A DNA stretch of 64,000 nt from Rhizobium sp. Q54 (GTDB lineage Bacteria > Pseudomonadota > Gammaproteobacteria > Burkholderiales > Burkholderiaceae), in contig CALRTW020000005.1 in the NCBI GenBank assembly GCA_943371165.1, forward strand, positions 3,481 through 67,480, in the 5' to 3' direction. This document shows positions 9,659-23,103 of this stretch, in pieces. How positions within the stretch are numbered: the stretch's first letter is position 1; each line of letters starts with the position of its first letter. The notes beneath the pieces were generated by a model that had not been told where the DNA came from, searched no databases, and saw nothing but the letters and a program-made list of their open reading frames with translations. The translations under genes and the position numbers were made by a program.

Positions 9659-9921
9659 ATCGCGCCACTTTAACCTTGCTGGCCTTGTTATTGATCTGTG
9701 CGCTATCACTCGTATCAGCCCAGCAGCGCGGTCGCAAGTTGGTCACTGCAATTGAGCGCGCGCAAATAGAAGAGCGCAAACTCAACCAAGAATGGCTACG
9801 CCTTGAATACGAGCAACGTAATTTATCGAAGTCAGCACGGATTCGCGATGTGGCCCGCAATCAACTCAATATGAGCCCGATCTCACCCAATCGAACTATT
9901 TATCTGCGAGAAGATCGGTGA
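9655..9921 (+). CDS. ftsL: cell division protein FtsL
   Basis: 88 aa, one N-terminal TM helix followed by a coiled-coil-like region. Lies between rsmH and ftsI with 4-nt overlaps on both sides. Confidence 0.8.
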   Translation: MNRATLTLLALLLICALSLVSAQQRGRKLVTAIERAQIEERKLNQEWLRLEYEQRNLSKSARIRDVARNQLNMSPISPNRTIYLREDR

Positions 9922-11684
9922 AGCGAGTCGGATTCTCAACCACGCCTAATTTAGTGTTGCGTCTGCCGATGTGGCGGTCGCGCTTAATGCTATTCATGTT
10001 GTTTGTTGCATTTGCCGCACTTGTACTGCGCGCACTTTGGATTCAGGGCCCTGGTAATGCGTTCTATGAAGCCAAGGCAGTTAAGGGAACGCAGCGTGAA
10101 CTCGAGATGTCGGCTAGCCGCGGAAAAATATTGGATCGCAACGGCCAGGTCATCGCAACCAGCCTTGAGGCAAAGGCCGTAATTGCATATAACGATACGA
10201 TTCCAAAAGATTTATCTGATGAAAAAATTAAGCAGCTTGCAGCTTTGCTCGAGATGCGTGAAGTCGACATTAGAAAAAAATTAAAGGATGAACGTAACCA
10301 GGTATTTTTAAAGAGGCAGGTTGACCCTCAAATAGCCCAGCAAATCCGCAAGTTAGAAATTCCAGGTATTGGATTGAATAATGAGTTTCGTCGCTTCTAT
10401 CCCGAAGGCGAGGCAATGGCCCACGTCGTTGGTTTCACTAATGTGGAAGATCGCGGACAAGAGGGGATGGAGTTATCGCGTGAAAACGATTTGGCTGCGA
10501 GTACCGGTAAACGACGTGTTGTGGTTGATCGCCTCGGGCGCATCGTCGAAGATATGGGCGTTTTACAGTTACCGCAAAACGGCAAGGATTTAAAGCTCTC
10601 AGTTGATAGCAAGATTCAATACATTGCTTACAACGCATTAAAAGATGCGGTTGAGAAGCATCGCGCTAAAGCGGCCGGAGCAGTTGTTATTAATGTACAG
10701 ACAGGTGAAATTTTAGCGCTGGCCAATTGGCCAAGCTACAACCCAAACGATCGCAAAATATTAAGTGGCGAACAGTTGCGTAATCGTGTGATGACCGATA
10801 CGTTTGAGCCAGGCTCAACCATTAAGCCATTCACGGTTGCGCTGGCGATGGAAAAGGGGCAAGTGAACCCCAATACAGTGATGGCGATCGGCGCTAAGTA
10901 TTTGGTTGGACCTAAGCCAATTACCGACACACATCCTTATCCATCGTTGACGGTGGCAGAGGTGATCCAAAAATCAAGCAATATTGGCACCTCTAAGTTG
11001 GCAATGAATATGCCAGCCAGCGAAATGTGGGACCTATTTACTGCAGTTGGATTTGGCCAGGCCCCCAAGGTTGGGTTTCCGGGTGCCGTTGCAGGCCGAG
11101 TGCATCCCCATGAAAAATGGATGCCAACCGATCAAGCACGTATTGCCTTCGGTTACGGCATATCAACATCCCTTTTTCAGATGGCCCGCGCCTACACCAT
11201 CTTCGCTCGCGATGGTGACTTAGTTCCGGTCACGATAGAACATAGCCCTGATTACAAACCCGGTACACGCGTAATCTCGGCGAAAACAGCAATCGAGATG
11301 CGTAGCATGTTGGAATCGGTAACCGAGCCAGGCGGTACTGCACTTAAAGCCCATGCCGAAGGATATCGTGTTGGCGGAAAAACAGGTACAGCCCATAAGG
11401 TAGCGGGCAAAGGCTATGCTACGAATAAATACTTAGCTTATTTCACAGGCATTGCGCCGATGAGTGCCCCGCGCATTGTGGTGGCAGTCATGGTCGATGA
11501 GCCTACTGCGAATGGCTACTATGGCGGCCAAGTTGCGGCGCCTATTTTTTCGACCATCGTTTCTGAAACGCTTCGCGCAATGAATGTTGCACCAGATAGC
11601 GCAGTTAAAAATATGGTGCAACGGGATGATGCGACTAAGCCCGGATCGGCAGCGCCAATACAACGCGTCGTGTTAACGCAATGA
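9918..11684 (+). CDS. ftsI: peptidoglycan D,D-transpeptidase FtsI (PBP3)
   Basis: SxxK (STIKP), SSN and KTGT penicillin-binding motifs, N-terminal TM helix. Confidence 0.9.
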   Translation: MKRVGFSTTPNLVLRLPMWRSRLMLFMLFVAFAALVLRALWIQGPGNAFYEAKAVKGTQRELEMSASRGKILDRNGQVIATSLEAKAVIAYNDTIPKDLSDEKIKQLAALLEMREVDIRKKLKDERNQVFLKRQVDPQIAQQIRKLEIPGIGLNNEFRRFYPEGEAMAHVVGFTNVEDRGQEGMELSRENDLAASTGKRRVVVDRLGRIVEDMGVLQLPQNGKDLKLSVDSKIQYIAYNALKDAVEKHRAKAAGAVVINVQTGEILALANWPSYNPNDRKILSGEQLRNRVMTDTFEPGSTIKPFTVALAMEKGQVNPNTVMAIGAKYLVGPKPITDTHPYPSLTVAEVIQKSSNIGTSKLAMNMPASEMWDLFTAVGFGQAPKVGFPGAVAGRVHPHEKWMPTDQARIAFGYGISTSLFQMARAYTIFARDGDLVPVTIEHSPDYKPGTRVISAKTAIEMRSMLESVTEPGGTALKAHAEGYRVGGKTGTAHKVAGKGYATNKYLAYFTGIAPMSAPRIVVAVMVDEPTANGYYGGQVAAPIFSTIVSETLRAMNVAPDSAVKNMVQRDDATKPGSAAPIQRVVLTQ

Positions 11685-13222
11685 TGGTTACCTTGATTAA
11701 GCCAGAACAAGCCATCGATCACCTGCGGCGATTGGCTTTGCCAGCTGCGCGCATCGTGAGCGATACACGGCAAATCAAAGCGGGCGATGTTTTCTTAGCG
11801 TACCGAGTAGGGCATGGAACTGCCATACAGGATAGCCGCCCCTATATTACGGATGCATTAGATGCAGGAGTTGCTGCTGTTATTTATGACCCAAGGGATT
11901 TAGAAGAAATTCCAGCCTTGAGTGATCCACGTTGTTTCGCGCTAGAAAATTTATCGGCCCATGCGGGGCCAATTTGCTCCAAATGGTATGGTGAGCCGAG
12001 CAGTCAAATGACGGTGTTTGGGGTAACTGGAACCAATGGGAAGACGAGCATCACGCAATGGCTTTCTCAAGCATTAGATCGCCCGAAGTCGCGTGCAGCG
12101 GTAATTGGCACCTTGGGTATTGGCTTTCCAGGGCATTTAGAGGTAACTGGCTACACCACGCCAAATGCTGCGCGCTTACAAACCGAACTCAAAGCACTTT
12201 TAGATTCCAATGCAAAGCAAATTGCCATGGAAGTCTCTTCACATGCACTGGAACAAGGGCGCGTTCATGGCGTCCAATTCACCACCGCTGTGTTTTCCAA
12301 CTTGAGTCAAGATCATTTGGATTACCACGGCAGTATGGCGGAATATGCAGCAGTCAAATTTCGTTTGTTTCAGTTCCCCGGTCTTCAGAATGCGGTCATT
12401 AACTTGGAAGATCCTTTGGGTCGCGAGTTAGCCATGCAGTTATTGGCAAAGACAGGCGTTCAGGTTTGGGGCTATGCAGTCGACCGCAACGCCTTTGCCG
12501 GTTTTGAAAAGTTTGGTAAGCGACTGCATGCTATTTTTTCCAGCGGCATGCAGTTTAAAGAGTATGGCTATCAGGGCATATTTGAGTGGCAAGACCATGG
12601 CAGGACTGAGGTCAGTGTTCCAGTTGTGGGTGACTTTAATTTAAGTAATTGCCTTGCAGTCTGGGCTTGCTTATTGGCTGGTGGCATGGACGTGCTTGAG
12701 GCAGGTAAGCGCATGGCACTCTTAAAGCCGGTCAGCGGAAGAATGGAAATGGTGCTCGGCAACTCACGTAGCACCGGCCCATTGGTTATTGTTGACTATG
12801 CCCACACGCCAGATGCACTAGAAAAGGTATTAAGTACATTGCGCCCGATCGCAAGCCAGCGTACGGGAAAGCTGTGGTGTATTTTTGGTTGTGGTGGTGA
12901 TCGCGATGCGAGTAAGCGCCCCCTCATGGGCCGGATTGCTGCAGACTTGGCTGACCATACGATTTTGACCAGCGATAACCCACGCTCCGAGAGTCCAGAA
13001 AAAATTAGCGCTGATATTCAAGCTGGAATGAGCAATGACAAATCAGTCGAAGTCATTCTAGACCGGGCTGCAGCCATTCTCAGCGGAGTTCGGCACGCAG
13101 AAGCGAATGATGTTGTATTGATCGCAGGTAAAGGCCATGAAACAAGCCAAGAGATTAATGGCAGAAAAGTAGATTTTTCAGATCAAGAACATGTTTTATT
13201 GGCTAGCGGAGGCTCCGTCTAA
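11681..13222 (+). CDS. murE: UDP-N-acetylmuramoyl-L-alanyl-D-glutamate--2,6-diaminopimelate ligase
   Basis: GTNGKTS P-loop, DNPR (SDNPRSE) meso-DAP specificity motif. Confidence 0.9.
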   Translation: MMVTLIKPEQAIDHLRRLALPAARIVSDTRQIKAGDVFLAYRVGHGTAIQDSRPYITDALDAGVAAVIYDPRDLEEIPALSDPRCFALENLSAHAGPICSKWYGEPSSQMTVFGVTGTNGKTSITQWLSQALDRPKSRAAVIGTLGIGFPGHLEVTGYTTPNAARLQTELKALLDSNAKQIAMEVSSHALEQGRVHGVQFTTAVFSNLSQDHLDYHGSMAEYAAVKFRLFQFPGLQNAVINLEDPLGRELAMQLLAKTGVQVWGYAVDRNAFAGFEKFGKRLHAIFSSGMQFKEYGYQGIFEWQDHGRTEVSVPVVGDFNLSNCLAVWACLLAGGMDVLEAGKRMALLKPVSGRMEMVLGNSRSTGPLVIVDYAHTPDALEKVLSTLRPIASQRTGKLWCIFGCGGDRDASKRPLMGRIAADLADHTILTSDNPRSESPEKISADIQAGMSNDKSVEVILDRAAAILSGVRHAEANDVVLIAGKGHETSQEINGRKVDFSDQEHVLLASGGSV

Positions 13223-14664
13223 TGGCGATGACTACCCTGGGCCAAATCCATGCATTTTTGCCATCCAGTAAATTGATCAATATCTCTGAGGTGGCAGCGC
13301 AAAGCCATCCAATCGATTCTATTTCCACGGATAGTAGGGCGATTGAGGGTGGATCACTCTTTATTGCGCTCAAAGGCGAGCGCTTTGATGCGCATCAATT
13401 CCTAGGTGCGGTTAGCGCTGCCGGAGCAGGCGCCGCACTGATTGAGGATGAGAAAGCATGTCCAAATCAGCTTCCAGCAGTATGCGTTGCTGACACGCGA
13501 ATTGGTTTAGGTGATTTTGCTGCAGCATGGCGACAGCAATTTACATTGCCGCTCGTGGTGGTGACTGGTAGTAACGGCAAGACTACTGTGAAAGAGATGA
13601 TCGCAGCTATCTTTAGTGCGGCAGTAGGCAAAGAAGCAACCCTAGTAACGCCTGGCAATTTGAATAACGATATTGGGCTGCCGCTGACGGTATTGCGTTT
13701 GCGCGAGCACCATCGATTGGCCGTGATTGAGCTCGGAATGAATCATCCTGGCGAGACAGCGTACCTTACCAAGATTGCCAAGCCAACGATTGCGCTTATC
13801 AACAATGCCCAGCGTGAACACCAAGAATTCATGGAAACCGTAGATGCGGTTGCCCATGAGCATGCGGATGCAATCACTGCATTGCCAGTAGATGGCATTG
13901 CAGTGTTTCCAGCAGATAGCCCATTTAGTAGCGATTGGCGCAAAAAGGCGAACGGGCGTCGCTCTATTGACTTTGCACTCAATGGCCCTGCAGCAGTTAG
14001 CGGCACGCTCTTAGAAGATGGTGCGCTTGAAATAATAACAAGCAACGGCGTTATCAATGTTCGACTTTCTGTGCTCGGTGAGCACAATCTGCGCAACGCT
14101 CTTGCTGCAACAGCTGTAGCCCTGGCTGCAAAGGTAGAGCTAGAGGCTATCCGTCTTGCATTGGAATCATTTCAGGCGGTTAGGGGCCGAATGATGGCAA
14201 ACCAATTGGGTGCGTGCCTGCTGATTGATGATAGCTATAACGCCAACCCCGACTCAGTGCGCGCTGCAATTGATGCCCTTAGTCAGGCTAGCCAAAAAAC
14301 CTGCTTAGTCCTGGGTGACATGGGTGAAGTGGGATCAAAAGGTCCAGAGTTTCATTATGAGGTTGGCGCCTATGCAGCAGAGCGCGGCATTCAGCATTTA
14401 TGGGCGCTGGGAGAGCAAACGCAGTCTTCGGTGCGCGGCTTTAATGAATTCAATGGACGCATCGGAAGTAGTAATGCGGCAATCCATTTTGAAACCATCG
14501 ACGCCTTAAACGCACGCGTAGCCACCGTTGCTGATTTATTTTCTGAAGGTGCCTCAGCGTCTCAGCCCTATGCAGTGCTAGTTAAAGGATCGCGTTTTAT
14601 GCGCATGGAGCGAGCAGTAAGTGCAATAAAAGATACGCTGGCGGAGGTTAAAGCATGCTCTTAA
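13222..14664 (+). CDS. murF: UDP-N-acetylmuramoyl-tripeptide--D-alanyl-D-alanine ligase
   Basis: GSNGKTT P-loop, Mur ligase architecture, position after murE (TAATG 1-nt overlap). Confidence 0.9.
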   Translation: MAMTTLGQIHAFLPSSKLINISEVAAQSHPIDSISTDSRAIEGGSLFIALKGERFDAHQFLGAVSAAGAGAALIEDEKACPNQLPAVCVADTRIGLGDFAAAWRQQFTLPLVVVTGSNGKTTVKEMIAAIFSAAVGKEATLVTPGNLNNDIGLPLTVLRLREHHRLAVIELGMNHPGETAYLTKIAKPTIALINNAQREHQEFMETVDAVAHEHADAITALPVDGIAVFPADSPFSSDWRKKANGRRSIDFALNGPAAVSGTLLEDGALEIITSNGVINVRLSVLGEHNLRNALAATAVALAAKVELEAIRLALESFQAVRGRMMANQLGACLLIDDSYNANPDSVRAAIDALSQASQKTCLVLGDMGEVGSKGPEFHYEVGAYAAERGIQHLWALGEQTQSSVRGFNEFNGRIGSSNAAIHFETIDALNARVATVADLFSEGASASQPYAVLVKGSRFMRMERAVSAIKDTLAEVKACS

Positions 14665-15824
14665 TCTTGGCGCAGTGGTTACAAGACGATTACAGTTTTT
14701 TCCGAGTGTTTAATTACATTACCTTCCGCGCGGTGATGGCGACATTGACGGCATTGTTGATTGGCCTGATTTCAGGACCTTGGGTTATTCGGAGATTGAC
14801 CGAGTTAAAAATGGGTCAGGCAGTTCGTACTGATGGGCCGCAAACGCATTTAGTCAAATCAGGAACCCCAACCATGGGCGGTGTGCTCATTCTGATTGGC
14901 ATATTTACCTCGTGTGTTTTATGGGCTGACCTGACCAATCGATTCATCTGGATTGTGATGTTGGTTACATTTGGCTTTGGCTTGATTGGTTGGGTAGACG
15001 ATTACCGTAAAGTCGCCCGCAAAGACCCTAAAGGAATGGCTTCACGCGAAAAGTTTTTCTGGCAAACCGTGATTGGATTGTTTGCTGCAATTTATTTGGC
15101 TTTCTCTGTGTCTGAGGTCAACAACTTAAAAGTGCTGCAGTTATTCATTGACTGGGTACAGAGCGGCTTTTCATTGGACCTGCCAGCTAAATCAAACCTC
15201 TATCTTCCATTTGTGAAAGAAGTGAGTTACCCACTGGGAGTGATGGGTTTCATCATCCTGAGTTACCTGGTCATTGTGGGCAGTAGTAATGCAGTCAATT
15301 TAACGGATGGCCTTGATGGTCTGGTCATCATGCCCGTGATTTTGGTCGGGGCTGCACTGGGCGCCTTTGCCTATGTGATGGGTAACGCAATCTACGCCAA
15401 GTATTTGCTGTTTCCATTTATTCCTGGTGCGGGTGAGCTGATGATCTTCTGTGGCGCCATGGGCGGCGCGGGTCTTGCCTTCCTTTGGTACAACACCCAT
15501 CCTGCGCAGGTCTTTATGGGCGATGTTGGCGCTTTAGCTCTAGGCGGCGCCCTTGGAACCATTGCGGTGATTGTGCGCCAAGAGATTGTTTTGTTTGTAA
15601 TGGGCGGTATTTTTGTTGCCGAAACCGTGTCAGTCATGATGCAGGTGATTTGGTTCAAGTACACCAAAAAACGCTATGGCGAAGGACGTCGCATTTTTCG
15701 AATGGCCCCCTTGCACCACCATTTTGAACTGGGTGGCTGGCGCGAAACCCAAGTTGTTGTTCGTTTTTGGATCATCACTATTTTGTTGGTGTTGGTTGGT
15801 TTATCAAGCTTGAAATTACGGTAA
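14655..15824 (+). CDS. mraY: phospho-N-acetylmuramoyl-pentapeptide transferase
   Basis: Polytopic membrane protein with [12 protein letters not shown] and HHHFE motifs. Confidence 0.9.
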   Translation: MLLILAQWLQDDYSFFRVFNYITFRAVMATLTALLIGLISGPWVIRRLTELKMGQAVRTDGPQTHLVKSGTPTMGGVLILIGIFTSCVLWADLTNRFIWIVMLVTFGFGLIGWVDDYRKVARKDPKGMASREKFFWQTVIGLFAAIYLAFSVSEVNNLKVLQLFIDWVQSGFSLDLPAKSNLYLPFVKEVSYPLGVMGFIILSYLVIVGSSNAVNLTDGLDGLVIMPVILVGAALGAFAYVMGNAIYAKYLLFPFIPGAGELMIFCGAMGGAGLAFLWYNTHPAQVFMGDVGALALGGALGTIAVIVRQEIVLFVMGGIFVAETVSVMMQVIWFKYTKKRYGEGRRIFRMAPLHHHFELGGWRETQVVVRFWIITILLVLVGLSSLKLR

Positions 15825-15834
15825 TCAGTACACG

Positions 15835-17505
15835 ATGCGCAATGTAAAAGATCCTTTTGTATGTCCAGAACTCAGTAGAGCGCAAGCGCTCTCGGTAGAG
15901 CCAACGCGCTTTTTAATTCTGGGCCTGGGTGAGTCTGGAATTGCAATGGCGAAGTGGTGCTTGCGTCATGGTGCAAAAACCCGCTTGGTTGATACGCGCG
16001 AGCGAAGTGCTCTGAATGAAAAGCAACGCGCGCAGCTAAGCGAATTGGAGTTTGCTGGTCTAACCGACATGCATTTTGGTAGCTGGGACGCCAGTATGTT
16101 GGATCACATTGATGTGATTGGTATATCACCAGGACTATCGCCAATTGCAGAGCCAGCACAATCGATTTTGGCAGCTGCGCAAGAACGCGGTATTCCAGTG
16201 TGGAGTGAGATCGAGTTCTTTGCCCGCGGTATTGCAGCGCTGGAACGCGAATCCGTTATTGAGTCACCTGATTCCGAGGCCTGGACCTATGCGCCAAAAA
16301 TCGTTGCTATTACTGGTACCAATGGCAAAACAACCACAACGGCGCTAGTGGGTCAGTTGTGTGAACGTGCCGGCAAAACGGTGGCAGTGGCTGGCAACAT
16401 TAGCCCCGCAGCACTGGATAAGCTAATGACCTGCCTTGATAGCGCTGATGGTTTACGTGATCTGCCAGAGTTCTGGGTACTCGAGCTATCGAGTTTTCAA
16501 TTGCACTTTACCTATAGCCTTAATCCAAGCGCAGCAACGGTTCTGAATTTAAGTCAGGATCACTTGGACTGGCATGGGGATATGCAGGCCTACGCAACTG
16601 CAAAGGCAGCCATTTTTGGACCAACTAGTATCTGCATAGTGAATCGCGATGAAGTTGAATTAAATCACTTGCTTAGTAACCGATTGGAAGATCGGCAGAT
16701 CATTCACTTTGGATCAAGCCGGCCGGATGAGCCAGGATCATTCGGGATTGAGCGTGATCCTCAGGCCGGCGGAATTGATTGGTTGGTTTGGGCTGAAGTG
16801 GATGAGGATGCTGAGTTAGAGAAGCCCAAGCGGCGCCGTAAAGTAGTCGAGGCAGAAGCCGAGCCGATCCGTTTGAAGCGCTTAATTCCGTCGGATGCCT
16901 TGCGTATTCGCGGCAAACACAACGCACTCAATGCCCTTGCTGCCTTGGCCTTAGCTCGTGCAGTCGGCCTGCCACTAAACAAATTGCTGCATGGTTTGCG
17001 TGAGTACCGCGGCGAACCCCATCGTGTTCAAAGTGTTGCCATTATTCTGGACGTGGAGTACGTCGATGACAGTAAAGGAACCAATGTAGGCGCTACCGTT
17101 GCTGCACTCAATGGCCTGGGCGATACGGCTGGCACGAAAAAGATTTGGTTAATTGCGGGTGGCGATGGCAAAGGCCAAGATTTTGCCCCCCTCTTTGATC
17201 CAGTGCAGCGTTTTGCAAAATGCGTTCTATTGATTGGCAAAGATGCGCCGCTTATTCAGGATGCGCTGCAAGCAACCGGCGTTACATTAGAGCGCTGTGA
17301 AACCATTGCGGTCGCTGTGAAAACTGCGTCAGAGCGCGCGGCTGCAGGCGATGTAGTTCTACTTTCGCCAGCATGCGCCAGCTTTGATCAGTTTAAGGAC
17401 TACGTCCACCGTGCTGCTGTATTTGTATCTGAGGTGGAAGAGCTGGGCATGCAGTTTTCCGACTCCAGCCTTGAAGCCGATTGCTCGTCTGGAGTAAGCG
17501 CATGA
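15835..17505 (+). CDS. murD: UDP-N-acetylmuramoylalanine--D-glutamate ligase
   Basis: GTNGKTTT P-loop. Long form (556 aa) with a charged insertion ([16 protein letters not shown]...), as I recall for Burkholderiales MurD. Confidence 0.85.
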   Translation: MRNVKDPFVCPELSRAQALSVEPTRFLILGLGESGIAMAKWCLRHGAKTRLVDTRERSALNEKQRAQLSELEFAGLTDMHFGSWDASMLDHIDVIGISPGLSPIAEPAQSILAAAQERGIPVWSEIEFFARGIAALERESVIESPDSEAWTYAPKIVAITGTNGKTTTTALVGQLCERAGKTVAVAGNISPAALDKLMTCLDSADGLRDLPEFWVLELSSFQLHFTYSLNPSAATVLNLSQDHLDWHGDMQAYATAKAAIFGPTSICIVNRDEVELNHLLSNRLEDRQIIHFGSSRPDEPGSFGIERDPQAGGIDWLVWAEVDEDAELEKPKRRRKVVEAEAEPIRLKRLIPSDALRIRGKHNALNALAALALARAVGLPLNKLLHGLREYRGEPHRVQSVAIILDVEYVDDSKGTNVGATVAALNGLGDTAGTKKIWLIAGGDGKGQDFAPLFDPVQRFAKCVLLIGKDAPLIQDALQATGVTLERCETIAVAVKTASERAAAGDVVLLSPACASFDQFKDYVHRAAVFVSEVEELGMQFSDSSLEADCSSGVSA

Positions 17506-18737
17506 ACTTAAATCGCTTTTGGAACTACTCCCGCGGCGGTATCACTGGCTTTCGAACTGGCTTACGTGATGCAGTTACAGGGGTGGAGCAAACGCGTTCA
17601 CGCATGATGGAGTATGACCAGCTGCTGGTATGGGCAGTTGTTTCATTGGCACTCATTGGTTTGGTGATGGTGTACTCCGCATCGATTACCTTGGCCGATG
17701 GTCCAAAGTATAAAAACTACAGTAGCAATCACTTTCTGATTCGGCATTTGATTTCACTCACGATCGCGACAGTCGTTGGCTTGTGTGTGTTTCGGATACC
17801 TGTGAAGACGTGGGACAAGCTTGCGCCGATTCTGTTCGGAATTACCATCTTATTGTTGATTGCAGTGCTGATTCCTGGAATCGGCAAAGGCGTTAACGGA
17901 GCGCGCCGCTGGATCTCCTTCGGGTTTATGAATTTCCAGCCATCTGAGCTAATGAAGTTTGCCGTTGTCATTTTTGCTGCGAGCTATACCGTCCAGCGCC
18001 AAGAGTATCTCCATTCATTTGTAAAGGGCTTGGTGCCGATGGGCATCGCCGTCATGATCATTGGCGCTCTACTGCTATGGCAGCCTGATATGGGCGCGTT
18101 TGTGGTGATTGCTTTAATTGCCTTTGGCATTCTTTTCTTGGGCGGAATTAATGTGAAATTGTTTGGTGGCTTAGTGGTTGCTGGAATAACGAGCGCCGCC
18201 ATCATCATCGCGCTCTCGCCATTTCGCCGTGAGCGCATCTTTGCATTCCTAGATCCCTGGGCGGCCGATCATGCTGCCAATAAAGGCTACCAGTTAACCC
18301 ACTCCCTAATGGCATTTGGACGGGGCGAGTGGTTTGGTACTGGCCTTGGCGGTAGTGTCGAAAAATTGCATTATTTGCCCGAAGCACATACTGATTTCAT
18401 CTTGGCAGTGATTGGTGAGGAACTCGGTTTTGCTGGAGTGCTCGTCATTATCTTTTTGTTTTACTGGATTGTGCGCCGCGCTTTTCTGATTGGTCGAACT
18501 TCATTGCAGCTGGATCGTAGCTTTGCTGGCTTGGTAGCAAAAGGGATTGGCATCTGGATTGGTTGGCAGGCATTTATCAATATGGCAGTGAATTTAGGCC
18601 TGCTGCCGACCAAAGGCTTAACACTGCCGTTAATTAGTTATGGCGGCTCTGGGATTTTGATGAATGCAGTTGCGATTGCAGTCCTACTCAAGATTGATTA
18701 TGAAAACCGTGTCTTGATGCGGGGAGGCAAGTTATGA
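17502..18737 (+). CDS. ftsW: peptidoglycan glycosyltransferase FtsW (SEDS family)
   Basis: Multi-TM SEDS protein. ATG 17502 overlaps the murD TGA (ATGA). The track start TTG 17481 is less likely. Confidence 0.85.
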   Translation: MNLNRFWNYSRGGITGFRTGLRDAVTGVEQTRSRMMEYDQLLVWAVVSLALIGLVMVYSASITLADGPKYKNYSSNHFLIRHLISLTIATVVGLCVFRIPVKTWDKLAPILFGITILLLIAVLIPGIGKGVNGARRWISFGFMNFQPSELMKFAVVIFAASYTVQRQEYLHSFVKGLVPMGIAVMIIGALLLWQPDMGAFVVIALIAFGILFLGGINVKLFGGLVVAGITSAAIIIALSPFRRERIFAFLDPWAADHAANKGYQLTHSLMAFGRGEWFGTGLGGSVEKLHYLPEAHTDFILAVIGEELGFAGVLVIIFLFYWIVRRAFLIGRTSLQLDRSFAGLVAKGIGIWIGWQAFINMAVNLGLLPTKGLTLPLISYGGSGILMNAVAIAVLLKIDYENRVLMRGGKL

Positions 18738-19807
18738 ATCAGCCTTCCATCTTAGTCATGGCCGGTGGCACAGGTGGGCATATTTTCCCTGGATTGGCGG
18801 TGGCTGAGCTCTTACGTGCGCGGGGCTGGCAGGTTGCTTGGCTGGGTAATGCTACTGGCATGGAATACCGTTTGGTACCGAGTCGCGGGTTTTCATTTGA
18901 GGCAGTAAATTTTGGTGGCCTGCGCGGTAAAGGCTTGCTGACTAAGCTAATGCTGCCCTTTAATTTAGCAAGGGCATGTTTGCAAAGCTGGCAGATTATT
19001 CGTAGGCTCAAGCCAAGCGTTGTGCTGGGCATGGGCGGCTACATCACCTTTCCTGGTGGATTAATGAGCGCCGTACTAAAGCGCCCTCTGGTTTTGCATG
19101 AGGCAAATTCCGTTGCTGGGAGCGCCAATCGCTACCTATCGAAGATGGCCACTAAAACCCTGACGGGATTTCCGAATACCCTGCCCGAAGGTGAGTGGGT
19201 TGGTAATCCGATTCGCAGTGAGTTTGAGTCAATCGCATCACCTGCCGAGCGGTATGGCGCACGTACTGGTCCGCTGACATTGTTGGTAGTCGGTGGTAGT
19301 TTGGGCGCTGCTGCTCTCAATGAAACGATACCAGCGGCGCTTGCCCTAATTCCCGCGGAAGAAAGGCCACGCGTACTGCACCAGGCCGGTGAAAAACACG
19401 TCGCTGAACTCAAGCAGCGCTATGCTGATTACGGGGTTACTGCAGATGTTCGCGCCTTTATTGGTGATATGGCAGAGGCCTATGCTGCAGCCGATCTCGT
19501 CATATGCCGTTCGGGTGCAATGACGGTATCGGAGATTTCTGCCTGCGGCGTCGCCGCCTGCTTCGTGCCATTTCCATTTGCGATTGACGATCACCAAACG
19601 GCCAATGCAGCGTTTTTATCAAGAGCAGACGCGGCTAAATTGTGGCCACAAACTGAGCTCAATCCAAGTGCTCTGGCCGCTTGGTTACAAGATATTCGTC
19701 GCCCGGAGTTAATGGCAATGGCAGAACGTGCCCGTGCTTTAGCAAAGTTGCAGGCAACAGAGCGTGTGGCAGCCATATGCGCTGAATCTGCAGGAGTAAG
19801 TCAATGA
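18734..19807 (+). CDS. murG: undecaprenyldiphospho-muramoylpentapeptide beta-N-acetylglucosaminyltransferase
   Basis: [14 protein letters not shown]-terminal motif, dcw position. Confidence 0.9.
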   Translation: MNQPSILVMAGGTGGHIFPGLAVAELLRARGWQVAWLGNATGMEYRLVPSRGFSFEAVNFGGLRGKGLLTKLMLPFNLARACLQSWQIIRRLKPSVVLGMGGYITFPGGLMSAVLKRPLVLHEANSVAGSANRYLSKMATKTLTGFPNTLPEGEWVGNPIRSEFESIASPAERYGARTGPLTLLVVGGSLGAAALNETIPAALALIPAEERPRVLHQAGEKHVAELKQRYADYGVTADVRAFIGDMAEAYAAADLVICRSGAMTVSEISACGVAACFVPFPFAIDDHQTANAAFLSRADAAKLWPQTELNPSALAAWLQDIRRPELMAMAERARALAKLQATERVAAICAESAGVSQ

Positions 19808-21243
19808 AGCATATTGTTCAGCAAATTCATTTTGTTGGTATTGGCGGCGCGGGCATGAGCGGCATTGCCGAAGTGTTGCTCAATCTGGGGTACCAAGTCT
19901 CGGGCTCTGATTTAGCTGAAAGCGCGACAACAAAACGCTTACGTGAGTTGGGCGCTGATATTCAGATCGGCCACAAAGCTAGCCACGTTGGTACTGCTGA
20001 GGCTGTGGTAATTTCAACAGCAGTAGCTGGCAACAATCCTGAAGTGATTGCTGCACGCGCTGCAAAAATTCCGATTATTCAGCGGGCGGTAATGCTGGGT
20101 GAACTCATGCGCTTAAAGCAAGGTATTGCGATTGCAGGAACGCATGGAAAAACCACCACTACCAGTTTAGTAGCTTCCGTACTGGCGGAAGGTGGCCTTG
20201 ATCCCACATTTGTGATTGGCGGAAAACTTAACTCAGCTAACGCCAATGCACGCTTGGGGCAAGGTGACTTTATTGTGGTGGAGGCAGATGAGTCGGATGC
20301 TTCATTCCTACAGCTGTTCCCAGCGATGGAAGTCATCACCAATATTGATGCTGATCACATGGACACGTATCAGCATGATATGGCGCGCCTCAAGCAGGCG
20401 TTTGTGCAATTTACGCAGCGCATGCCCTTTTATGGCATTGCGATTGTGTGTGCAGACGATGCCAACGTGCGGGATCTGATTCCCTTTGTATCGCAGCCTA
20501 TTCTGAAATACGGTACTGCCGATGATGCCGATATTCGCGCGCACCACATTCAGGCAGATGGAACGCGGATGCGCTTTACGGTGGAGCGCCGTACGATTCG
20601 ACGTCATGGCGCTAAGCCAGGACCCTTGCAAATCGAGCTCAATCTCCCAGGCTTACACAATGTGCGCAATGCCCTTGCTGCGATTGGTATAGCCACTGAA
20701 TTAGGGATACGCGATGAAGCGATTGTGAAAGCCCTATCGGAATTCAGTGGCGTTGGCAGGCGTTTCCAACGCTACGGTGATATTGCATTAGCAAAGGGCG
20801 GAAGCTTCACCTTAATCGATGACTATGGACACCACCCGGTTGAAATGGCAGCTACTTTGGCGGCAGCACGTGGAGCCTATCCGGGTCGCCGACTGGTTTT
20901 AGCATTTCAGCCCCACCGCTATACCCGAACACGCGATTGTTTTGGTGACTTTGTGGATGTGTTGCGTGGCTTCGATGCGTTGGTTCTGACGGATGTCTAT
21001 CCTGCGGGAGAGCCCCGCATCAAAGGCGCAGACGGCGAGAGTTTGTTTAAGGCAACTTGCACTGCTGATGCAGGGCTCAAGTCAGCATTACTGCAGCATG
21101 CCGACTCTTCTTATGTCGCTAAGGTAGCGGACATGCCTGCGGCGATTACGACCATGCTGCGTGATGGCGATGTGGTTATTACGATGGGTGCCGGTTCTAT
21201 ATCCTCGTTGCCTGCCATCTTGTCGGGAGGCCAACATGCTTAA
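19804..21243 (+). CDS. murC: UDP-N-acetylmuramate--L-alanine ligase
   Basis: [14 protein letters not shown] and GTHGKTTTT motifs. Confidence 0.9.
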   Translation: MKHIVQQIHFVGIGGAGMSGIAEVLLNLGYQVSGSDLAESATTKRLRELGADIQIGHKASHVGTAEAVVISTAVAGNNPEVIAARAAKIPIIQRAVMLGELMRLKQGIAIAGTHGKTTTTSLVASVLAEGGLDPTFVIGGKLNSANANARLGQGDFIVVEADESDASFLQLFPAMEVITNIDADHMDTYQHDMARLKQAFVQFTQRMPFYGIAIVCADDANVRDLIPFVSQPILKYGTADDADIRAHHIQADGTRMRFTVERRTIRRHGAKPGPLQIELNLPGLHNVRNALAAIGIATELGIRDEAIVKALSEFSGVGRRFQRYGDIALAKGGSFTLIDDYGHHPVEMAATLAAARGAYPGRRLVLAFQPHRYTRTRDCFGDFVDVLRGFDALVLTDVYPAGEPRIKGADGESLFKATCTADAGLKSALLQHADSSYVAKVADMPAAITTMLRDGDVVITMGAGSISSLPAILSGGQHA

Positions 21244-22228
21244 TCGCACAATGCCCTGGGGAGAGCGCGTCAAAATTGATCTTGCTAAGCTAAAGCCAAG
21301 TGACTTGGGTAAGGTCGGGGTACTGCTCGGCGGCAAATCAGGTGAACGGGAAATTTCCCTCTTATCGGGTAATGGCGTTTTAAGTGCCCTGCTGGAAAAG
21401 GGGGTTAATGCGCATGCATTTGATCCTGGTGCGCGCAGCCCTACTGAGATTGTGAACGAAGGATTTGACCGGGTCTTTATTGCGCTACATGGTCGCTATG
21501 GCGAGGATGGCACGATTCAGGGCTTGCTTGAGTTACTGGAAATTCCGTATACCGGCAGTGGCGTCTTAGCTTCTGCGCTGTCCATCGACAAAATTGCAAC
21601 CAAGCAAATCTGGCTTAGCAATGGCCTATCAACGCCTGATTTTGATGAACTAGGGCCTGAAAGTGATTGGGCGGCAGTGGCAAAGCACTTGGGTTTGCCT
21701 TTAATCGTCAAGCCAGCCCATGAAGGTTCGTCACTCGGCTTAACCAAAGTCAAAGCCGTAGAAGAATTGCCAGCCGCCTACGCAAAAGCAGCCGCATTAG
21801 ATTCGAAGGTGATTGCAGAGACTTGCATTATTGGCGATGAACTGACTTGCCCTTTAGTGGGCGAGGGACAAAATGCAGAAGCGCTGCCGGTGATTCGGAT
21901 TGTTCCGCCTGACGCCAATTACGACTTCCACAATAAGTACTTCTCAAACGACACTCAATACTGTTGTCCTACTGGTTTGGATGAGGCGGTTAACCAAAAG
22001 GTTCAAGCCCTAGCGCTTGCTGCGTACCGTGCATTGGGTTGCCGTACCTGGGGCCGTGCCGATGTAATGCTGGATAGTCGCGATGGTACCCCCTATCTCT
22101 TGGAGATGAATACATCTCCTGGCATGACTTCACATTCCCTAGTGCCGATGGCAGCAAAAGCAGCCGGTGTGAGTTATGCCGATTTAGTGTTGTGGTTGCT
22201 GAGCCAGACCATGGATTCAAAAGAATGA
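21236..22228 (+). CDS. ddl: D-alanine--D-alanine ligase
   Basis: ATP-grasp ligase ([11 protein letters not shown]). ATG 21236 is preceded by GGGAGG, whereas the track ORF begins upstream at 21161 inside murC. Confidence 0.85.
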   Translation: MLNRTMPWGERVKIDLAKLKPSDLGKVGVLLGGKSGEREISLLSGNGVLSALLEKGVNAHAFDPGARSPTEIVNEGFDRVFIALHGRYGEDGTIQGLLELLEIPYTGSGVLASALSIDKIATKQIWLSNGLSTPDFDELGPESDWAAVAKHLGLPLIVKPAHEGSSLGLTKVKAVEELPAAYAKAAALDSKVIAETCIIGDELTCPLVGEGQNAEALPVIRIVPPDANYDFHNKYFSNDTQYCCPTGLDEAVNQKVQALALAAYRALGCRTWGRADVMLDSRDGTPYLLEMNTSPGMTSHSLVPMAAKAAGVSYADLVLWLLSQTMDSKE

Positions 22229-23082
22229 GTAACTTAGCAAAACGCTCATTCCATTTTGTCCTAGGCATGTCTACGCCGTTGCTGAACAATCCCGCACGCA
22301 TGGCCGAAGTGAGCCGTTGGTTAATGCGCCTCTTTTTTCTGCTGGCGACGGTAGCAGGATTAATGTGGCTGAGCCAGCGACCTGTTTTTGCTTTACGTCA
22401 AATGCAAGTTGAGCCCTTACCGGGGCAAGTCGTCAAGCACGTCAATTTATCCCAAGTAAAAAATCAAGTGCTTGAGCAAGTCCAAGGGAACTTTTTTACA
22501 GTACGTTTGGAAAACATTAAAGAAGCATTTGAAGATTTGCCATGGGTGCGGCATGCGAGTGTTCGGCGGGTTTGGCCCAATGGTCTGGCTGTCAGCATTG
22601 AAGAGCAAAAGCCATTTGCTATTTGGGGTGGCCGCAGCGAGCAAAAGTTTATGAATAGCTTTGGCGAGGTATTTAGCGGCAGCCTTTCGCAGGTCGATGA
22701 TCCTTCACTTTTAATCGAAGTATCCGGACCAAATGACTCCAGCAAAGAAGTCATGCAGCTCTATCAAAAAGCGAGCCGCTGGTTTGCGCCGTGGAATGTC
22801 GATGTTGTTAGCGTTACGTTATCGGATCGGTATTCGTGGAGCGTTAAGTTATCCAATGGCATCCGCGTTGAATTTGGCCGCGATGAAGAGGCCCAAGGTA
22901 AAGCCTTAACGGAAGAGCGTGTCGCTCGATTAATTGAATATTGGCCAAAGGCGCAAGAGCGTCTGACGGGCCGCGTTGATGCAATTGATTTGCGATACGG
23001 CAATGGATTTGCAGTACACCTTGCTGGCGCGGCTACCAAAAAGCCGGAGCTAGATGCAAAAAAGAGTGGAGCACAACGGTGA
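22225..23082 (+). CDS. ftsQ: cell division protein FtsQ
   Basis: Single TM helix then a POTRA-like region ([13 protein letters not shown]). The start is uncertain: ATG 22225 overlaps the ddl stop, ATG 22267 is an alternative. Confidence 0.8.
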   Translation: MSNLAKRSFHFVLGMSTPLLNNPARMAEVSRWLMRLFFLLATVAGLMWLSQRPVFALRQMQVEPLPGQVVKHVNLSQVKNQVLEQVQGNFFTVRLENIKEAFEDLPWVRHASVRRVWPNGLAVSIEEQKPFAIWGGRSEQKFMNSFGEVFSGSLSQVDDPSLLIEVSGPNDSSKEVMQLYQKASRWFAPWNVDVVSVTLSDRYSWSVKLSNGIRVEFGRDEEAQGKALTEERVARLIEYWPKAQERLTGRVDAIDLRYGNGFAVHLAGAATKKPELDAKKSGAQR

Positions 23083-23103
23083 ATTTAATCATGAGGAAAT
23101 TTG